A stretch of DNA of 64,000 bases from Ptychomitrium polyphyllum (taxonomy: Eukaryota): assembly GCA_973851085.1 (NCBI GenBank), contig OZ316776.1:7998001-8062000 (forward strand), read 5' to 3'. Positions within the stretch are counted from its first letter, which is position 1. Each line of letters begins with the position of its first letter. A program made the translations under genes and the position numbers. Below the pieces are notes generated by a model. It worked only from the letters and a program-made list of their open reading frames with translations, ran no database searches and had not been told where the DNA came from. Of this stretch, positions 1 through 13,800 are shown piece after piece.

Positions 1-32
1 TTAGATTAGATGAATTCAAGATGATACCCTAC

Positions 33-300
33 CTCCGGATGATGGGGTTGCCAAGTCCGAAATGCCAAACCAGACGGCGAGCAGGAATACAGAATGACCT
101 GCAAAGCTGTTGAACAGCAGAGCATGTGGGCAGCCACTTGAACAGATGCTTGGCTTTGGCCTGGGGCACAAGCAAGCTGAAGATCCTACCTGGTGCTGTA
201 GGAGTCAAAGGAGGAGCTTTAGAACGTTGGAAACTTCGTCGTTCCACACAGATGCTGCACGGGTTCTTCCTCCGCTCTAGTCTTTGGTCAACACAGAATT
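33..300 (-). other. Probable 5' (UTR) exons of a gene that continues off the left edge
   Basis: GC-richer stretch with minus-strand splice signals CACCAG|GTAGGA (~189), TTTGCAG| (~98) and GGAG|GTAGGG (~33); no product recognisable. Confidence 0.35.
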
Positions 301-3300
301 TGCAAGTGAATGACCCCTGCGCCGTGCGCCACGCGCCACGCGCTTAGGGCCACTTTCCATGGGGAATAGACCCCTGCAATGACTGCCTCCATGAAACCGT
401 GCTCAGGTTTGCAACCTACGCATCAAAGTGGAGCCCTCGTACCATTCTTAAACCTTTGTTAAGTTGGCCTTCCAAATACCTTTTTAAAGTCTAATCATAG
501 AAATGTGTAATACTTTATCAATATTAGCACATGTTTATACAAACTTCTTATTTGTTGACATAGTTATTGTAGTAACATTTAGAATATTTGCATAATCAAA
601 ATTAATATGCAAAACATTTTCACAAAATACTCTTAAGCACAAGGGCCTCCAGTACAATGGACTTATAATATTGTGATGATAAATCTTCATAACATTTCAA
701 AAAAAAATTAAAATTCTAAGACTCTAGGTATGCTTCTTTATGGACCACTAACATGCTTCTATAATGACATGTACCTATCATATATAACTTTTCTTCTTTC
801 AAATCTATTAGGTATATATTCAAAGAATTGGGTTGCATTTTTCCATTGTTCACTAATTATATATTGTAATCCTATTGAATATAATCCAAATAAACACAAT
901 GATAAAGTATGGTGGATTACGTGATGTATAGAGTCATATAACAATGTGTTTTCCAAATTGCAAAAGATTGATCTATATAAATTATAAATTGGTAATTGTT
1001 TATAAATCTTTGTCATTGAAGTAAGTTTTGAAAGACTTTTGAACTACATTTATTAAGTAGATAATTATTTTAATTTATAAACATTTTTATTTTCATCCAA
1101 AATTAAATGATTTTGTAAAACATTATATTAAACTTAATTTCAATAAATTTCTTTTCATTTTTCATGGAAGTTCTCGCATTTTAAAATAAGTAAAAAACAA
1201 TAACACTGTGTTAGATGTTTGTTCTAGTATGTGGATGTTATTACAAGACATTAATAATTGGATTAAGATTTCAAATTAAATCTTCTTGCTAAACCAATTT
1301 TAATGTTTTCAGATTATCTGATATCATGTTTTCAGATTATGTTTTCAAATATCTGATATCATTAGTTTACATAAAAGATGTAAGAATCTTTATTGCAAAA
1401 TAACAACATTCACAAAACAAAATCAAACGCAGATTTCTAAAGCAACCACTTCCTTTTATGATTAGTAATCATGTGCAGCATCAACATGTTTTTTGAGGGC
1501 TATTACATAATAAAGATATACTAAAACTAAAAAGGACATGCATAACATATTTAATGATTTTTTTCTTAAATTATCTTTAGATCATTCTATATTATTTATA
1601 AATGTGTTTTGAAAATAATAGACTATGGTGTTTCAAACTTCACCTCAAAAAGAGAAAAAAGGCCTTATAATTGAATTCACATCAGTATAGGGCTGCTAAC
1701 AAACTTAAAAAATCATAATATTAATATTTAAAAATTATAAATATTTAAAATCATTTAAGTTTTTATTTACATTTAAAAGTTTAAATCAACTTTCCATTGT
1801 GATCCTTTTATATTATTTAGGTTTTATTTTAAAAGTAGACATTCATAAATGCCTAAGCTTTGAATTGATACGTTACACTACAAATGTTTTAGAAATTTTC
1901 AAAATAAATATTAAATGCATGGTTTTCATAGAATGTAGATTTGTTAGCAAATTATTGATTGCAAAATTTGTAAAACAATACCTTATTTCAATAAATTGAT
2001 GGATTCAAAATTGTCTTCATTAACTAGATGTTAATATTGTATTAGAAATATTAATAAATCTTTCAATATGGATTGAATTCAAAATTCCAAATTCCGAATT
2101 TTTCTTTGTTAATAAAATCTACAATATTCTTTTAAATGATTTCAATAATGGTTTTTTCAAATCATCTATTTTATAGGCATCATATGACCTTTAGAAATTG
2201 AAAGACATATTTATAAGTATAAAATCTAAATTTTAAAAATTTTGGCTATGATGTTTTGGCTATCATAATTATTAAGTTTGTTTTGTTGAAAAGATATAAT
2301 GTACAATATTAATTAAATAGCCTTTAATAAAATCTAATGTTCACAATTATTTTTTAATTGTGGTTTTTTGATATGATAATTTTAGTTCATTTGCAACATA
2401 TATATAAGTTGATTAATTGACACAAAGGGCTTTTAAAAAATGAGGCATTAAAAGCCAAATTTTTTACATTGTATCAAAAAAGGTAAATACTTTAAACACA
2501 AATACCACCTAAATATCATCTACTAGCACATGTGTATTAGCTTAGCATAATCTATATATACATGTAATAAAAACATATGAGAAATTTGGATTGTTCCTCT
2601 AGTCTTAAGAAAATATAAAATTTGTTAATTTATGTTTAGCAAAAAAATTCACTATGTTTTATAGTTATTTTTTTATTGATATGAAAATGGTTTTTTGTTA
2701 TGGTACACTTATGGTTTTGAATATGCATTTTTCAAAATAATTATATATTATATGTTATAGACTGCAGTTTAACACTAATGGTCTCGAGCTATGTAAGAAA
2801 TTTTAGGCAAGAGTGGAGCCTTTAAGGATCAAATGCGTACATAATGTCAGATTGTGTACAAGGACAGTTCGTCACTGTACCTAAAACCGACAGTAGTAAC
2901 TTATTCTGCAGATTGTATGATGTGAAGTGTAGGTAACTGATATATAATATCAGTTCTGGGGTCTCAGCGACCGTTTTACTCTTGCATCTTTCAGTAATAT
3001 TCTACCCTAACACCGTAGGGCCCTATACCGTTCGTAGCATCGTAGTAACCGGAGCCTAAGAACGCGTTGAACTGTAGGAGAGTCCTGTGTTGTCGTTCCG
3101 CACATGAATGGCAACATGTAGGAGAGGCTGCTATGCTAAGCTTGACGCCAGGGTGGAGGTGGTCACACTAAGCAGTGGCGCTGAAAACCAGTGCCTTGCA
3201 GGCCACTCCAAGCCTTGAAGTGCACGTCAAGCACGGCTCCCCTTACAGACTCTCTCCTCTCGCCCGGCTCCAACTCTCGTCGACCTTCTCCGTTGCTCCG

Positions 3301-4306
3301 TCCATCGCCGCGTCTTCTTCGTCGCCCTCGCTCGGCCTTTGGTCATGTCTGCGGCTTCCATCATCCGCTGCGTCGCCGCCTCCGCATCGTCGCCCTGCCT
3401 CCGTCCGCTCTTGCAGAGCTTGAAGCAATTGGCGTTGCTTCTTGTGGCTAGTTGAGCAAGGAAGAACGGTGCGAACCGCCGTTTGCCTGCGCTTTGGTCC
3501 ATTTTATCGGTACACCTCAACAGAATGGTGAATTTGATCATGGCCGGGGTTTGCCTGAGTCGTCGTGCTGTGGTTTCTCTTGTCGCCGTTTCGCTTGTTG
3601 TTCCTCTTGTTCCGGTTGTGGCTGTCGGCGTGGTGGAAGTCGTGGTTCCTGTGGTTGGAAGCGCTTCGGCTTCGATGTAGGTTGTTCTGGCTTCGGCACG
3701 TGGTTTTCGACGGAGAAAGCTCATTTTACTTTTTTCCCTTGCGGAAGAGTCATTTTGCCTGTTCGGCGTGGAGGATACTCCATGTCGTCGTTCGTGTGCT
3801 TGTGCTTTACGCATCGTTTCTATGCTTAGGGCGTGGCTATTTTCTCGTCCCGCTTGCGCACCGGAAGGCGTGTCTCGTTAGCGTGTTCTCTTTGTCTGCG
3901 GTGCAGCAGTAGCGTTGATAGGCATCTGTTTGTATATTATCCGCATCACTCCACGGCGCTTCGGTTTGCCGCTTAGGTGGAAGCTAACATGGCGTCTTGT
4001 TGCTGGTCTCAGCAGGTAATCACGATATCTTTCTCTTGTCTTTGACAGTTCCGTCTTTTTCCCCACTTTTAGATTGTATTTCATGTGCCTTGCTAGGGTT
4101 GGATAGGCGTTTTTTTATAATACGACTGCGTCTGATACATGTTGTTTAGGAAAATATGGTTTAACTTAAAAATGACACTTGAAGCAAGAGCAAGTGGTGC
4201 TTCCTGGTGGTTTCAATGCGATGGCAAGGGAGTTTTGAGTGAATAGGCGCTCGCAAGATGAAGGGGAGAAGTAGTTTTGAGCTTAGGGCTGAATTGTGCT
4301 GGTTGG

Positions 4307-7300
4307 ATGCAGAGTGAGAACGAGAGTGAGGTGTCGGACCTCGAGTATGGCGGTGGAAAGAAAAGTGCTGCTGCCTTCCGGTGCGATGGTCGGAGAACTG
4401 ATGGAGCGATGAAACTAGATGGCAAAGGTTTGCGCCCAGATCTGTGTGATAAGCATAATGATGTGGCTCTGACGAAGACAGGTTTACTTCAAGACAGTTT
4501 CCGGCGCGATGATGCCAAGCGCTCAAGGTCACCTTCTACACCGGACGGTTGGACGCGTCAATGTCGAGGACGATCTGAGAGGCTTGATGTGGTACGTGAG
4601 GATACTGAAGTTCAAATTTAATGTTTGTGTTTGTTTGATCTGAGTCACATGTAATAATCGATTCCTCTACCTGAGTGACATCTATTGTAAAACAGCAACT
4701 TAGAGTCAACAGCAGTGGTCATCTACTATTCAGGTTTCGCCTCCTGAAGATGTGAATGTTTAAAACGATTTTGAATAGTCTTGGTTTCTTTATATAGTAT
4801 GTATTTCCTGTGGCTATTCAGGTAACATTTAGGATGGGGCAGTTTGTTAAATTTGTAAGTAAGTTGTGTAGTACAGGTAGGTTAAAAAGGAGGTAATTCT
4901 TAGATGGGGGATACTGTGTAAGGTCGGGTTGCTTTCTAATTATTACGGAGTTACCGCAGGTTGACATACAAGCTGTGCACATGCGTTCAAATCCGTATGC
5001 CGACGAAGCCAAAATTACTCTACGACAAGCTCCTAGTGCTACCTCCCGTTCCCAATCGTCTATTCCTCACCGGGACACGTCAGGTTTTGGGCAATCGGCC
5101 AATCAACATCGGGCATCATGGCGTGATAGTTCCACCGATTCTATGACAAGTTGTATGTTACGTTCTGGTGAGAGACCGGAACTTGACTTGCAGTGTACGG
5201 AGATAGGGGCTTCACGTGATGTCAATTTAGCAAGGGCTGCTGTGCATGCGGAGTTTGAAACTGGCAATGGGTTGGTTCATGTTTCCGGCGAAAGAGGGGC
5301 TGTGGAATGTATTATGGACATTTATAGTGAAGGTGAGTCGGATCTGCCACACCAGATTGACGTGCCTCTGAATGATTATAACTCCATCTCCAACAGTTTT
5401 CAGCGTTCTCCTACTTATCCACTCCTTGAGAAGCTGGTTTGCTCTTTGGAGAAAGGAGATAAAGAGTATCAAGATGTTGAGAAGAAGTTTCTTGGAGGAC
5501 TTCATTTTTTTTCTTCTGGTACTGTTGTCACGGGTATTTCCCGAGATGCTAGTCCACGAGGACAGGAACGACTGCAGGCCTTCGAGAAATTGAAATATTT
5601 GACGAGAAAGGCTCGTGGGGACGAAAACGTACGCTTTGCTTGGCATGGGACGAGTAAGACAGGGGTGTCTGGGATTTTTCTCCACGGTTTTGGTCAGCCC
5701 AGGACACCTAAGAATGGCTCTGCGTATGGCGTGGGGGTTTATCTTGCGCCTGAAAGCCAGTCACATGTCAGGTAAAACTTTGTGATGTTTTATTTTAAAA
5801 TCCGAGTTTACTGTTTGTTGAAGTGTTTTATGGGTCTTGTATCAAGCGTTCGTGGTTTGTGGGTTCTGCTTGAGGTGTTGGTTTGCCTATTTTAATCAGA
5901 GATTTTGAATACGTCTGTTGGAATGCAGCGCGATTTACGCGGATAATGATGAAAAAGGTGAACAGCATGTAGTTTTATGTAAGGTGATTCTAGGGGCTTC
6001 TGAGTTGGTAGCGTACGGCTCGGATCAATTTCACCCTAGCAGTGAGCAGTTCGATACAGGAGTAGATGACTTGGTTAATCCGAAGAGACTCATTGTGTGG
6101 TCGACACACATGAACACACACATCCTCCCGTTATATGTTGTCAGCTTCAGGCTTCCTCCTACGTGGCACCGTAAGTGTAATTACTCCTGTAATCTCTAAA
6201 GTGTGTCTCCATTATGTTTCTGGTTCAAAATATTCGTTAGACCTAACTTGACGAAGGTTGTGCCAAGTGCTCCAAGGTAATCCAAAGGAGAGGCCTTTCG
6301 GACTTTTTACATCCGCTCGAGTGGCTTTGAGCCCAGGACGTTGTAAACGCAGACCTGAGGACATACCACTCAAGCTTTCACCAGAAGGGCTATGGTACAA
6401 TTTTGCTGTGTCTGCTTTGGCATTAAAGTTTTAGAGTGCTATATAAATTGGAATTAAATTGGTGGATATGTGGTCAGATATGATGGGAGCACAGCGTGGA
6501 AAGAGGGTTCCTACAGTTCATCCTGGAGTTTCTATGAAGCGATTTTGTACAGCAAGGCAGGTCGGTATACTAATTGTGACTACCTTCTTATATCTACTGT
6601 CACATAGATTGCGTTAGATGATGGGAGATGACTGGCTTGTTCGAGATTGTTGGTTTCCTGCTATGCGTTGGAGAGTTCAGTACGTTATGGTCTTCTATAC
6701 ATGGCTGCTTTAGGAATTGTTCCAAGTATTCGACTAGGTTGATCGAGGTCACAGGTGTTTTACAATGCTGACGTCAATATCTCTAGTATAGTAGGGGTTT
6801 AACAGAATCTAACTGCGCCACTATGCTGAAATGCCAGGAGGGAAGTAATGAGATGAGTTTGGGATCATTTTGTAACCAGGGCCCGACGTCACCGTTCATT
6901 TCTTTTCCACAACTCTTCCTACTCCTATCACCACTTCTGCCTCCAGAAAGGCTTCATTACTTGAGAAATTACCATCGGGAATTTCAGGTAGCAATAGACA
7001 TTTAGCACAAGTACATTTTCCTTCGTATGTTTAATTTCATTAAAACTTATTCAGTTATAGACTTGTACCAACCGATGAGGAGAGTGTTTTGTAGGCCAAG
7101 AGACTCACACGCGCACAACTTATTCAGCACTTACGAATTGAGGTTGGAGATCACCGTCTAGTTCATGCAATCAAATTGCTCCAGGGTTCTCAGGTAGCTC
7201 TTCTGCTTATCTGCCTTTACTGCTTATTCGTCGTTGCAAAGGCTCCAAGGTAATGAAACATGTTTTTGTGTTATTGACCTTCTATAAGTATATTTTTTCC

Positions 7301-7744
7301 GTTTATGGGATGTATTAGAGATCTGTGCATGCCTAGAAATGGCCTCCAAGTACTGGTTCCAACTAAGTGTTGGGTGACTTGTGGTTGCGGAATTTCTTGT
7401 TCGAGGTTTCTTTGCTATGCACATCGATTTAGTGCCTTTACGTCATGTAGTCACCTAAATTAGTACTCTTATCTGATTGAAATAAGGAAATAAAACTTTT
7501 TCTTCAGATGTCAAAGGGACAAGAGCAGATCAACTATGAGTCTCCGATCTCCTTCACTGGAAGAGCGAAGATAAGTTGTGAGACTCCGCTATCCTTCTCA
7601 GCAGTAGAGAAATTTAAGTGTGGGACTCCGCTATCCTTCACTTCGATAGAAAAGTCGAAGTGTGAGACTCCGCTATCCTTCACTGCACTCAATCTAAGCT
7701 CTGCAGTCAATGTCCAAGCAAGGACAGTTCATGAAACAAGGTGA
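4307..7744 (+). CDS. SRO: SRO/RCD1-family protein (PARP-like catalytic domain + C-terminal RST domain), 7 coding exons
   Basis: Phase-consistent exons 4307-4591, 4960-5771, 5929-6170, 6478-6560, 6838-6987, 7095-7193, 7508-7744. Motifs NVRFAWHGT, YGVGVYLAP, GEQHVVLCKVILG, FDTGVDDLVNPKRLIVWSTHMNTHILPLYVVSF (PARP-like) and PTSPFISFPQLF...LTRAQLIQHLRIEVGDHRLVHAI (RST). A donor at 7741 could change the last few codons. Confidence 0.9.
7535..7684 (+). repeat. 42-nt coding tandem repeat, ~4 copies, in last SRO exon
   Basis: Units start at 7538, 7580, 7622, 7664: ESPISFTGRAKISC / ETPLSFSAVEKFKC / GTPLSFTSIEKSKC / ETPLSFT. Confidence 0.85.
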
Positions 7745-9567
7745 GGCTAATTTTTTTTTTGTGTTACTTGACAAGGCTGATTATTGTTTTGGGGTTTGCA
7801 CGAAGGATTTAAGCATCTACGCAATATTGGCATGATGAACGTCTAGACTCTGGTTGTATTATTTCTCATCATGCTAATATGGGTTGAAGGGTTTAACAAT
7901 CGCTCGAGCATCACACTAATTGCTGGTTCATATTTTGTTGTTTGGGTCTTTGCAGGTAAGTTGGGGGTATCTTAGTATAGGTTTGAAGTTATTTTAGCCA
8001 AAGAGTCTTGTATCCAGCTTTTTCTGCCTATCGCTGAAGATCTCTCTGGAGAGTAGCTAACATCTGTGTTTTACTCGAGAATCCTTATTTGATCAGGGAG
8101 TAGTCAGGACTGATGTTGTCATTGTCCAAGTTAGGTATTGCCCAGAGGCTGTCTTTTCCAGCGGGTAGTGTGCTTCACCTTTGAGTGGATGGCTGCTTTG
8201 GCTAAGGTCTAATCTGTCGACTAGAATTTACGCCATGTACACTTGTCGTATACAGAATCTATTTCCGTCAATCTCTGTCGTGCGCAGTGACTGAAATTGT
8301 TTACTAACTAGGCCTTTTGTGACTAGCCTATTTTTATGTTTTTTTTCTTCTTCTGCTTATTATTTTTAGTTTTTAGTTTTTATTTTATTTTATTTTTTTC
8401 TGACGGAGATTTTAGCAACTGGAGGTTTTTAGTTTCATTTTCAATATATATTGCATGTACCTAGTCGTCTGGAAGTACTTAATACGCACACTCCTACTAG
8501 TTGTCTTTCACTTCTCTGGGTACCTTGGCACTGCTTCTTCAACGAAGCATGGTATTATCCTTTTCAGCTTGTTGAAACATCGTTGCAACTTGTCTGTGTG
8601 CAACTTCCAACTTCAATTGTGTGCTATTTTAGATCCATTCTTCTGTGTGTAAAATTTTCTGTCATTGTTCCTAGGATGTCGTTGTTTTCATTTTTCTGCC
8701 TTAAACACTATGAACTAACCAGCCATTTTGATAACAGTCATTTATCTTGGCCAACTTGAATCATTTCAAACTTTTGGGCTGCGGAGTGTGGGATGGTGCA
8801 TATGGAGTCTGAATCATGTGATGATGCCGATTTGAATGCCGCCAGGACAATCTTGTTCTGAATCATAGCACGGACAGTTGAATTCCGTTCTTGGTCTCGT
8901 GGACTTCAGCTTACGACCTTCACATCTTCCTTGACCATGTGCCAAGACAGATGGGACATGGTGCAATGTGGACCGCTGATTGCTTGCAGATATTTGTTGT
9001 CAGGAAGCTCCTGTATCCTGCGAGCTTTGAGATGGTCAGTTGTGCTTTTTGGTTCTCATCGACTCTGTCATCACCTCGGCGAGGTTCATGAATACTTCGC
9101 GCTACAGGTAAAGATTTGAGATTTTTCAATAATTAAATTGGAAGCATTCATTCCTGAATCTCCTAAGCTTTTTCCTGGATTGGTAACCTCTTGCTGAAAG
9201 TATGTCAATCAGTAATTCTGTGACACTTTCGGCGATGGCTTTTGTGCCATCTATCCAGCTAACCCTACATGGTAATAAAATTCCTTTTGCCAATACTAAA
9301 ACATGGCTTCTGAGGGTGAGTTCGGTTGAATGATCTTGAAATGATTTTGAATGTTTCAATCAAGTCCTACAAGCAGTAGCACTGTGTGTGCGGCATGTCC
9401 CTTTTAAACTTGTCTTAATTGATCAACATCATTATTATTTAAAAGACATATCTTCTAGAGAGTCATCAAAACATGTCTACCAAAATTACTGTGGAGTAAG
9501 TATTTTCAAGTAAAATTGTGTAACACTTCGGATTTTAGGATAGCATAGTGTTAAATGTTTCTCCATC

Positions 9568-9765
9568 TCACAAACTTGTATTTCACAACAATGTAAAATT
9601 TGTGTTCCACAACAATTTTGATAGTTTGAACTTTCATATTCGGGCTTTTTAATATTGATGATTGGTTCACAAACTTGTATTTCACAACAATGTAAAATTT
9701 GTGTTCCACAACAATTTTGATAGTTTGAACTTTCATATTCGGGCTTTTTAATATTGATGATTGGT
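9568..9765. repeat. Apparently perfect 99-bp tandem duplication
   Basis: TCACAAACTTGTATTTCACAAC...ATTGATGATTGGT at 9568-9666 and again at 9667-9765. Confidence 0.95.
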
Positions 9766-10884
9766 TTTAGTATTAGAGTAGGTGTTACAATTAGAGCACT
9801 CAATGGTGATTTTCCTTCAAATTTAGAAAATTAGATCCTTCATTATTAATTGATGAATGGTGCACTATTATTTGTTAATAATCCTATTTATATTAGTTAA
9901 TTTAAGAATGGTTTAATGCTTTATATAATATGAATATTTTTATCAATTTTGTTTCTATAAGTTTTACATAAACAATGTTAATATCTTTATTACTGGTAAA
10001 ACATCTACATTGTATGAAAAATTATTGTTTTGAAACAAAAATTTGTAGCCTTACGTAAAAAGTTAGAATGAATGAACAATACATAGTTTTAACTTTTAGA
10101 AGTCATCTTGAATTATCTCTTGTAGGTTTTGAGTTTGTAAGAATCATATGTTTTAAATTTTTTTGATTCATTAAGCATAATTTTCTTCCAAGATCTATAA
10201 AGTGTATCATTCAAGTTTTGTATGTATTGTTATTTAGTCAAACAAATACATATTTATGTGCTATAAGTTTATTCCTATATACGATTATAATTTTACTTTA
10301 GAAAATTGGAGATTCGCTTTCATGTGGAAATATACCAAAGAGGTTTCTCCACCATTAAGCTTAAAATCCTTATATGGTTTATACTTCAATTACAGGGTTA
10401 TCATTTTAAAGGTGCTTATAAATTCTTAGTTCTTAAAGCTAAAAGTTGTTTATTTAGTATGTTGGTTTTATCACTTTATAATTATCACATACAAATTTTA
10501 CTATTACTATGTTTAGTGAAGTTAGTTTGTTTCATATGAATTTAAATGACACTATAAAAATAATCAGTAATAAGAGGTAAGATAATCAAGATACTGTATT
10601 TTTCATTTTATTTCACGACCCTTAATAAATAAACAAATCTACACAAATGTTATTACTTTGGGCATGACATCAACTAAAATTGACTAGTAAAACTTCATGT
10701 GGGTCACCTCTACTCTCGGTATTATTGAAGAGGTTCTAGTGCCTGCTTTATTGTAATTTTGAACTGTATACTGTATCCAGTTGGTCAAATCTAAGGGCAC
10801 TTCGATGCTTCTTGTGTGAGTTTCTGCTTGACCTTAACATTGATTGAGATTGGCTGCAGCAACACTACATTCGAAGCCTGGTAA

Positions 10885-13800
10885 TTAGTTCACAGGAAGC
10901 TGTGGCATGTACCCCTGTTTCACAGAGGTTTCATACGACCAACGGTCCTGAGCATTACGGTAGCTCCATTGTGCCCAACCAAATGCTGCTTGGCCAAACA
11001 CATTCTCTTGAGCGTTTGCAAATCTCAGGTAATCCGACTGACTTGCGCCCTGAACGTACCACTCGTTTGTCCACTCTCCTGCAGTTGTATGAAACTTATG
11101 TTGTAAACACCTAGATTTGAGACTCAACTGTATGGTGTGAACATGTAGAGGAACTAAATTGTTTTAGACGTTGAAGTACTTCATGTATTCGTTGACTTCA
11201 TGTATTATAGATTAAATAAGTGCAATATCTAAGTTAGTAGATGAATCGCAAATTTGAACAAGAAAAAAAACTGTTCCAAGAATATAGAGGCATGCCAAAC
11301 TTCGAGCTTGTTGGGCTACATCTAATTCCAAGAACTCAGAGGCGTTTGACTCAAGGAAACATCGAATAGGTAGAAGGTACTGTAGTGGGGTTTGTGGAAT
11401 GACTTGCCTACAAGAAGAGAAGCAGCATTCAATTTATTAATCCTTGTGACAAAATTGAATCGTTGATTGTTGACGAAATCGATGTTCCCTTGGACTGATA
11501 AACTTCCATAGGTATTGCTATCAAATAAATTGTACGGGTGCCAGTCTATGACAACACTCTTGTCGGATGGAAAAAGATTTGCTAATGATGCAATTGCATC
11601 CTCGCTGGACCCAATAACCTGGCACATAATTACGTAAGCTGTGGCTGAGTATTTGCGTACTGTATTATATCCTGCCTTGTAGTAGTCTTGCAAAACTTTT
11701 ACGTCTGGAACAGCCGGAAATGCCTGAGTATTAAAAGGCTCGTTCAGTAGTTCGATTCCAAGTAGAGTTTGGGGGTATTGAGCTTGACTGCCTGCATATC
11801 TTCAGATACGCCACGAAGACCGCAAAGTGAACAATTGTGTAACATACCATGAAATTAGTGATAAATAGATAGCACAGTGATTGTAAACAAGCGGCTAGAC
11901 CTCCTAAGGCCCTCATAAAGGCATCACCTATGCTTGTGAAAGTCTCCCCCTTCCTCGAGGTTCGTTATTGGAACATGACATCCAAATAACTAATGGAATG
12001 TTAGTCACGACAATTTCTTTTCTAAATGGCCTCAAATTTTAATTTTCAATTTTTAATTTTACGCCAAGTTTACGCTTGTAGAATCCTGCATGTCTACCCT
12101 CTGACAGGAGAGTGACCATCTTTTTATTTCTATTTTTAATTTTCTGAAGAGCATATTCTTTACCTGTTTGCAAGGAAGTCAATGACTTGAATGGATTGAG
12201 TTCTGTATGTTGAATTTTGAGCCCATTGCCAAACACCGTCCCGCGTACCACTGTGCTCCTGTCCATTCTGGGAGCCAGGTGGAGCATGTAGGTCAACAAT
12301 AATCTTTATTCCATGCTTCCTGCCATTACATCCAAGTTGTTATTAATATCAGAACTCTGAAGTGTGAGAGATTACACAGTCTCGTCGGACCTCACTAACC
12401 AACTTGTCCCATATCCGAAAAAGAAGAAAGAAGAAAATCAACAAAAATGTTTGTCAGATTTAGATATCGAGAGATAAAATTGGAAATAATTGGAACTGTG
12501 CGACTTCTTTTCTAAGCATTCTCATGAAGAAATCGACATCGAAACTGTTACTTCGCAACTTTAATAATCAAGTCTTGCTGAAAATCTTACTTAGTTGTAT
12601 TTGGTCCCATATACATTAAAATGAAATGAATTGATGGTAAGGAAGATGATTGAGATTAGTAGGAGTTGGTGCTGGAAACGTACTTGCCCCACGAGAATGC
12701 GTTGTCAAGAGCTTGCAGAGATCCACCCACAAACGGGGCCGGAGGGTTGGGGTCATACGCTATCCACCAGCCAACAGGGATGCGAACCGCATTAATATCA
12801 TGGGTACTTAACCAGATAAAGTCCTGCTCTTGAATGAATGTGTCTCTGTGGTTCTGCAAGAAAGAGAGGCTCGTCACTTGCTTGTGTTGTGTCTTTTAGA
12901 CAAAACGATCTGCTTAGAGAACGTCCACCATCACCAAAATAGGAGTTTGGCATGTTGAAAGCAGATCATTGAGGGCTAATTGCATTCGGTATACAAATGC
13001 TTCTTCAAAGCATGTGTTCTTAAGAGAACCTCTTCCAGAGTACGGGCCGAAGAGATTACTCATAGAATTTAAGAGTTGAACCCTTGGAATAGATCTCTTC
13101 AACCAGTGGTTGTTATATACTACTCTGAGATTTTTTCCCACCAAGATGAATCCAGGGCATAATTTGAACATATAGAAGAGTACGTGAAAGGTCACCTTCA
13201 AAGCGGTCTGTGCTTCTGCTGCTCCAGCTCCCCAGGCATTGGAAAGCTGGAACTCACCTTGAAGTCCTCCAAGCACCGTCATATAAAAAATGGCAACCGC
13301 ATCATTGGTGCCCCATCCATCGTTAGGGCCCCAACTCGCTTGATAGTCTGCAGTGACCTGATTTTTATCCCGTGCCTGCACAGGTAATGAAACAGTGTTG
13401 AGTCTTGACACTTCACATGTTCTTCATACAATCTTCACTAACCATGGTAAAGAAAGATTTGAAGAAGTTGGGAGACAATGTTCCATGAATTGACTACTTA
13501 CAAACTTCAGAACTGCTGCTACAACTAAAATTGTCTTCTTTGTTCTATCTGAGAAATGTTATTAAAAATATTACAATTCCTCAGGACTACCAAACACAAA
13601 ATGTTCATCTTCCTACCTGAAAGTAATTGCCATTGCCTGCCTGAATGTGAACCTTGCTTTGATCATTAGGATTGCGAGTGATAGTGAAAGTTTCCCACTC
13701 CCGCGAAATGGTAGCAGTTGCTTTCACAATTCCTCCACCATTATTGATAGCACCTACAAACTGACTGTTCTCCACACGCAGTGAATAAATTCCTGGAGAT

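Noticed and set aside
3175..3912. Several overlapping ORFs including a 195-aa Thr-rich minus-strand ORF
   Set aside because: Low-complexity read-outs of the CT/GT-rich 5' leader of the SRO gene; no domain motifs
8815..8865. GTGATGA...CTGA resembling snoRNA boxes C and D
   Set aside because: Spacing is too short and no guide sequence could be recognised
9486..9803. ORFs with a 33-aa repeat
   Set aside because: Consequence of the 99-bp duplication in non-coding AT-rich DNA
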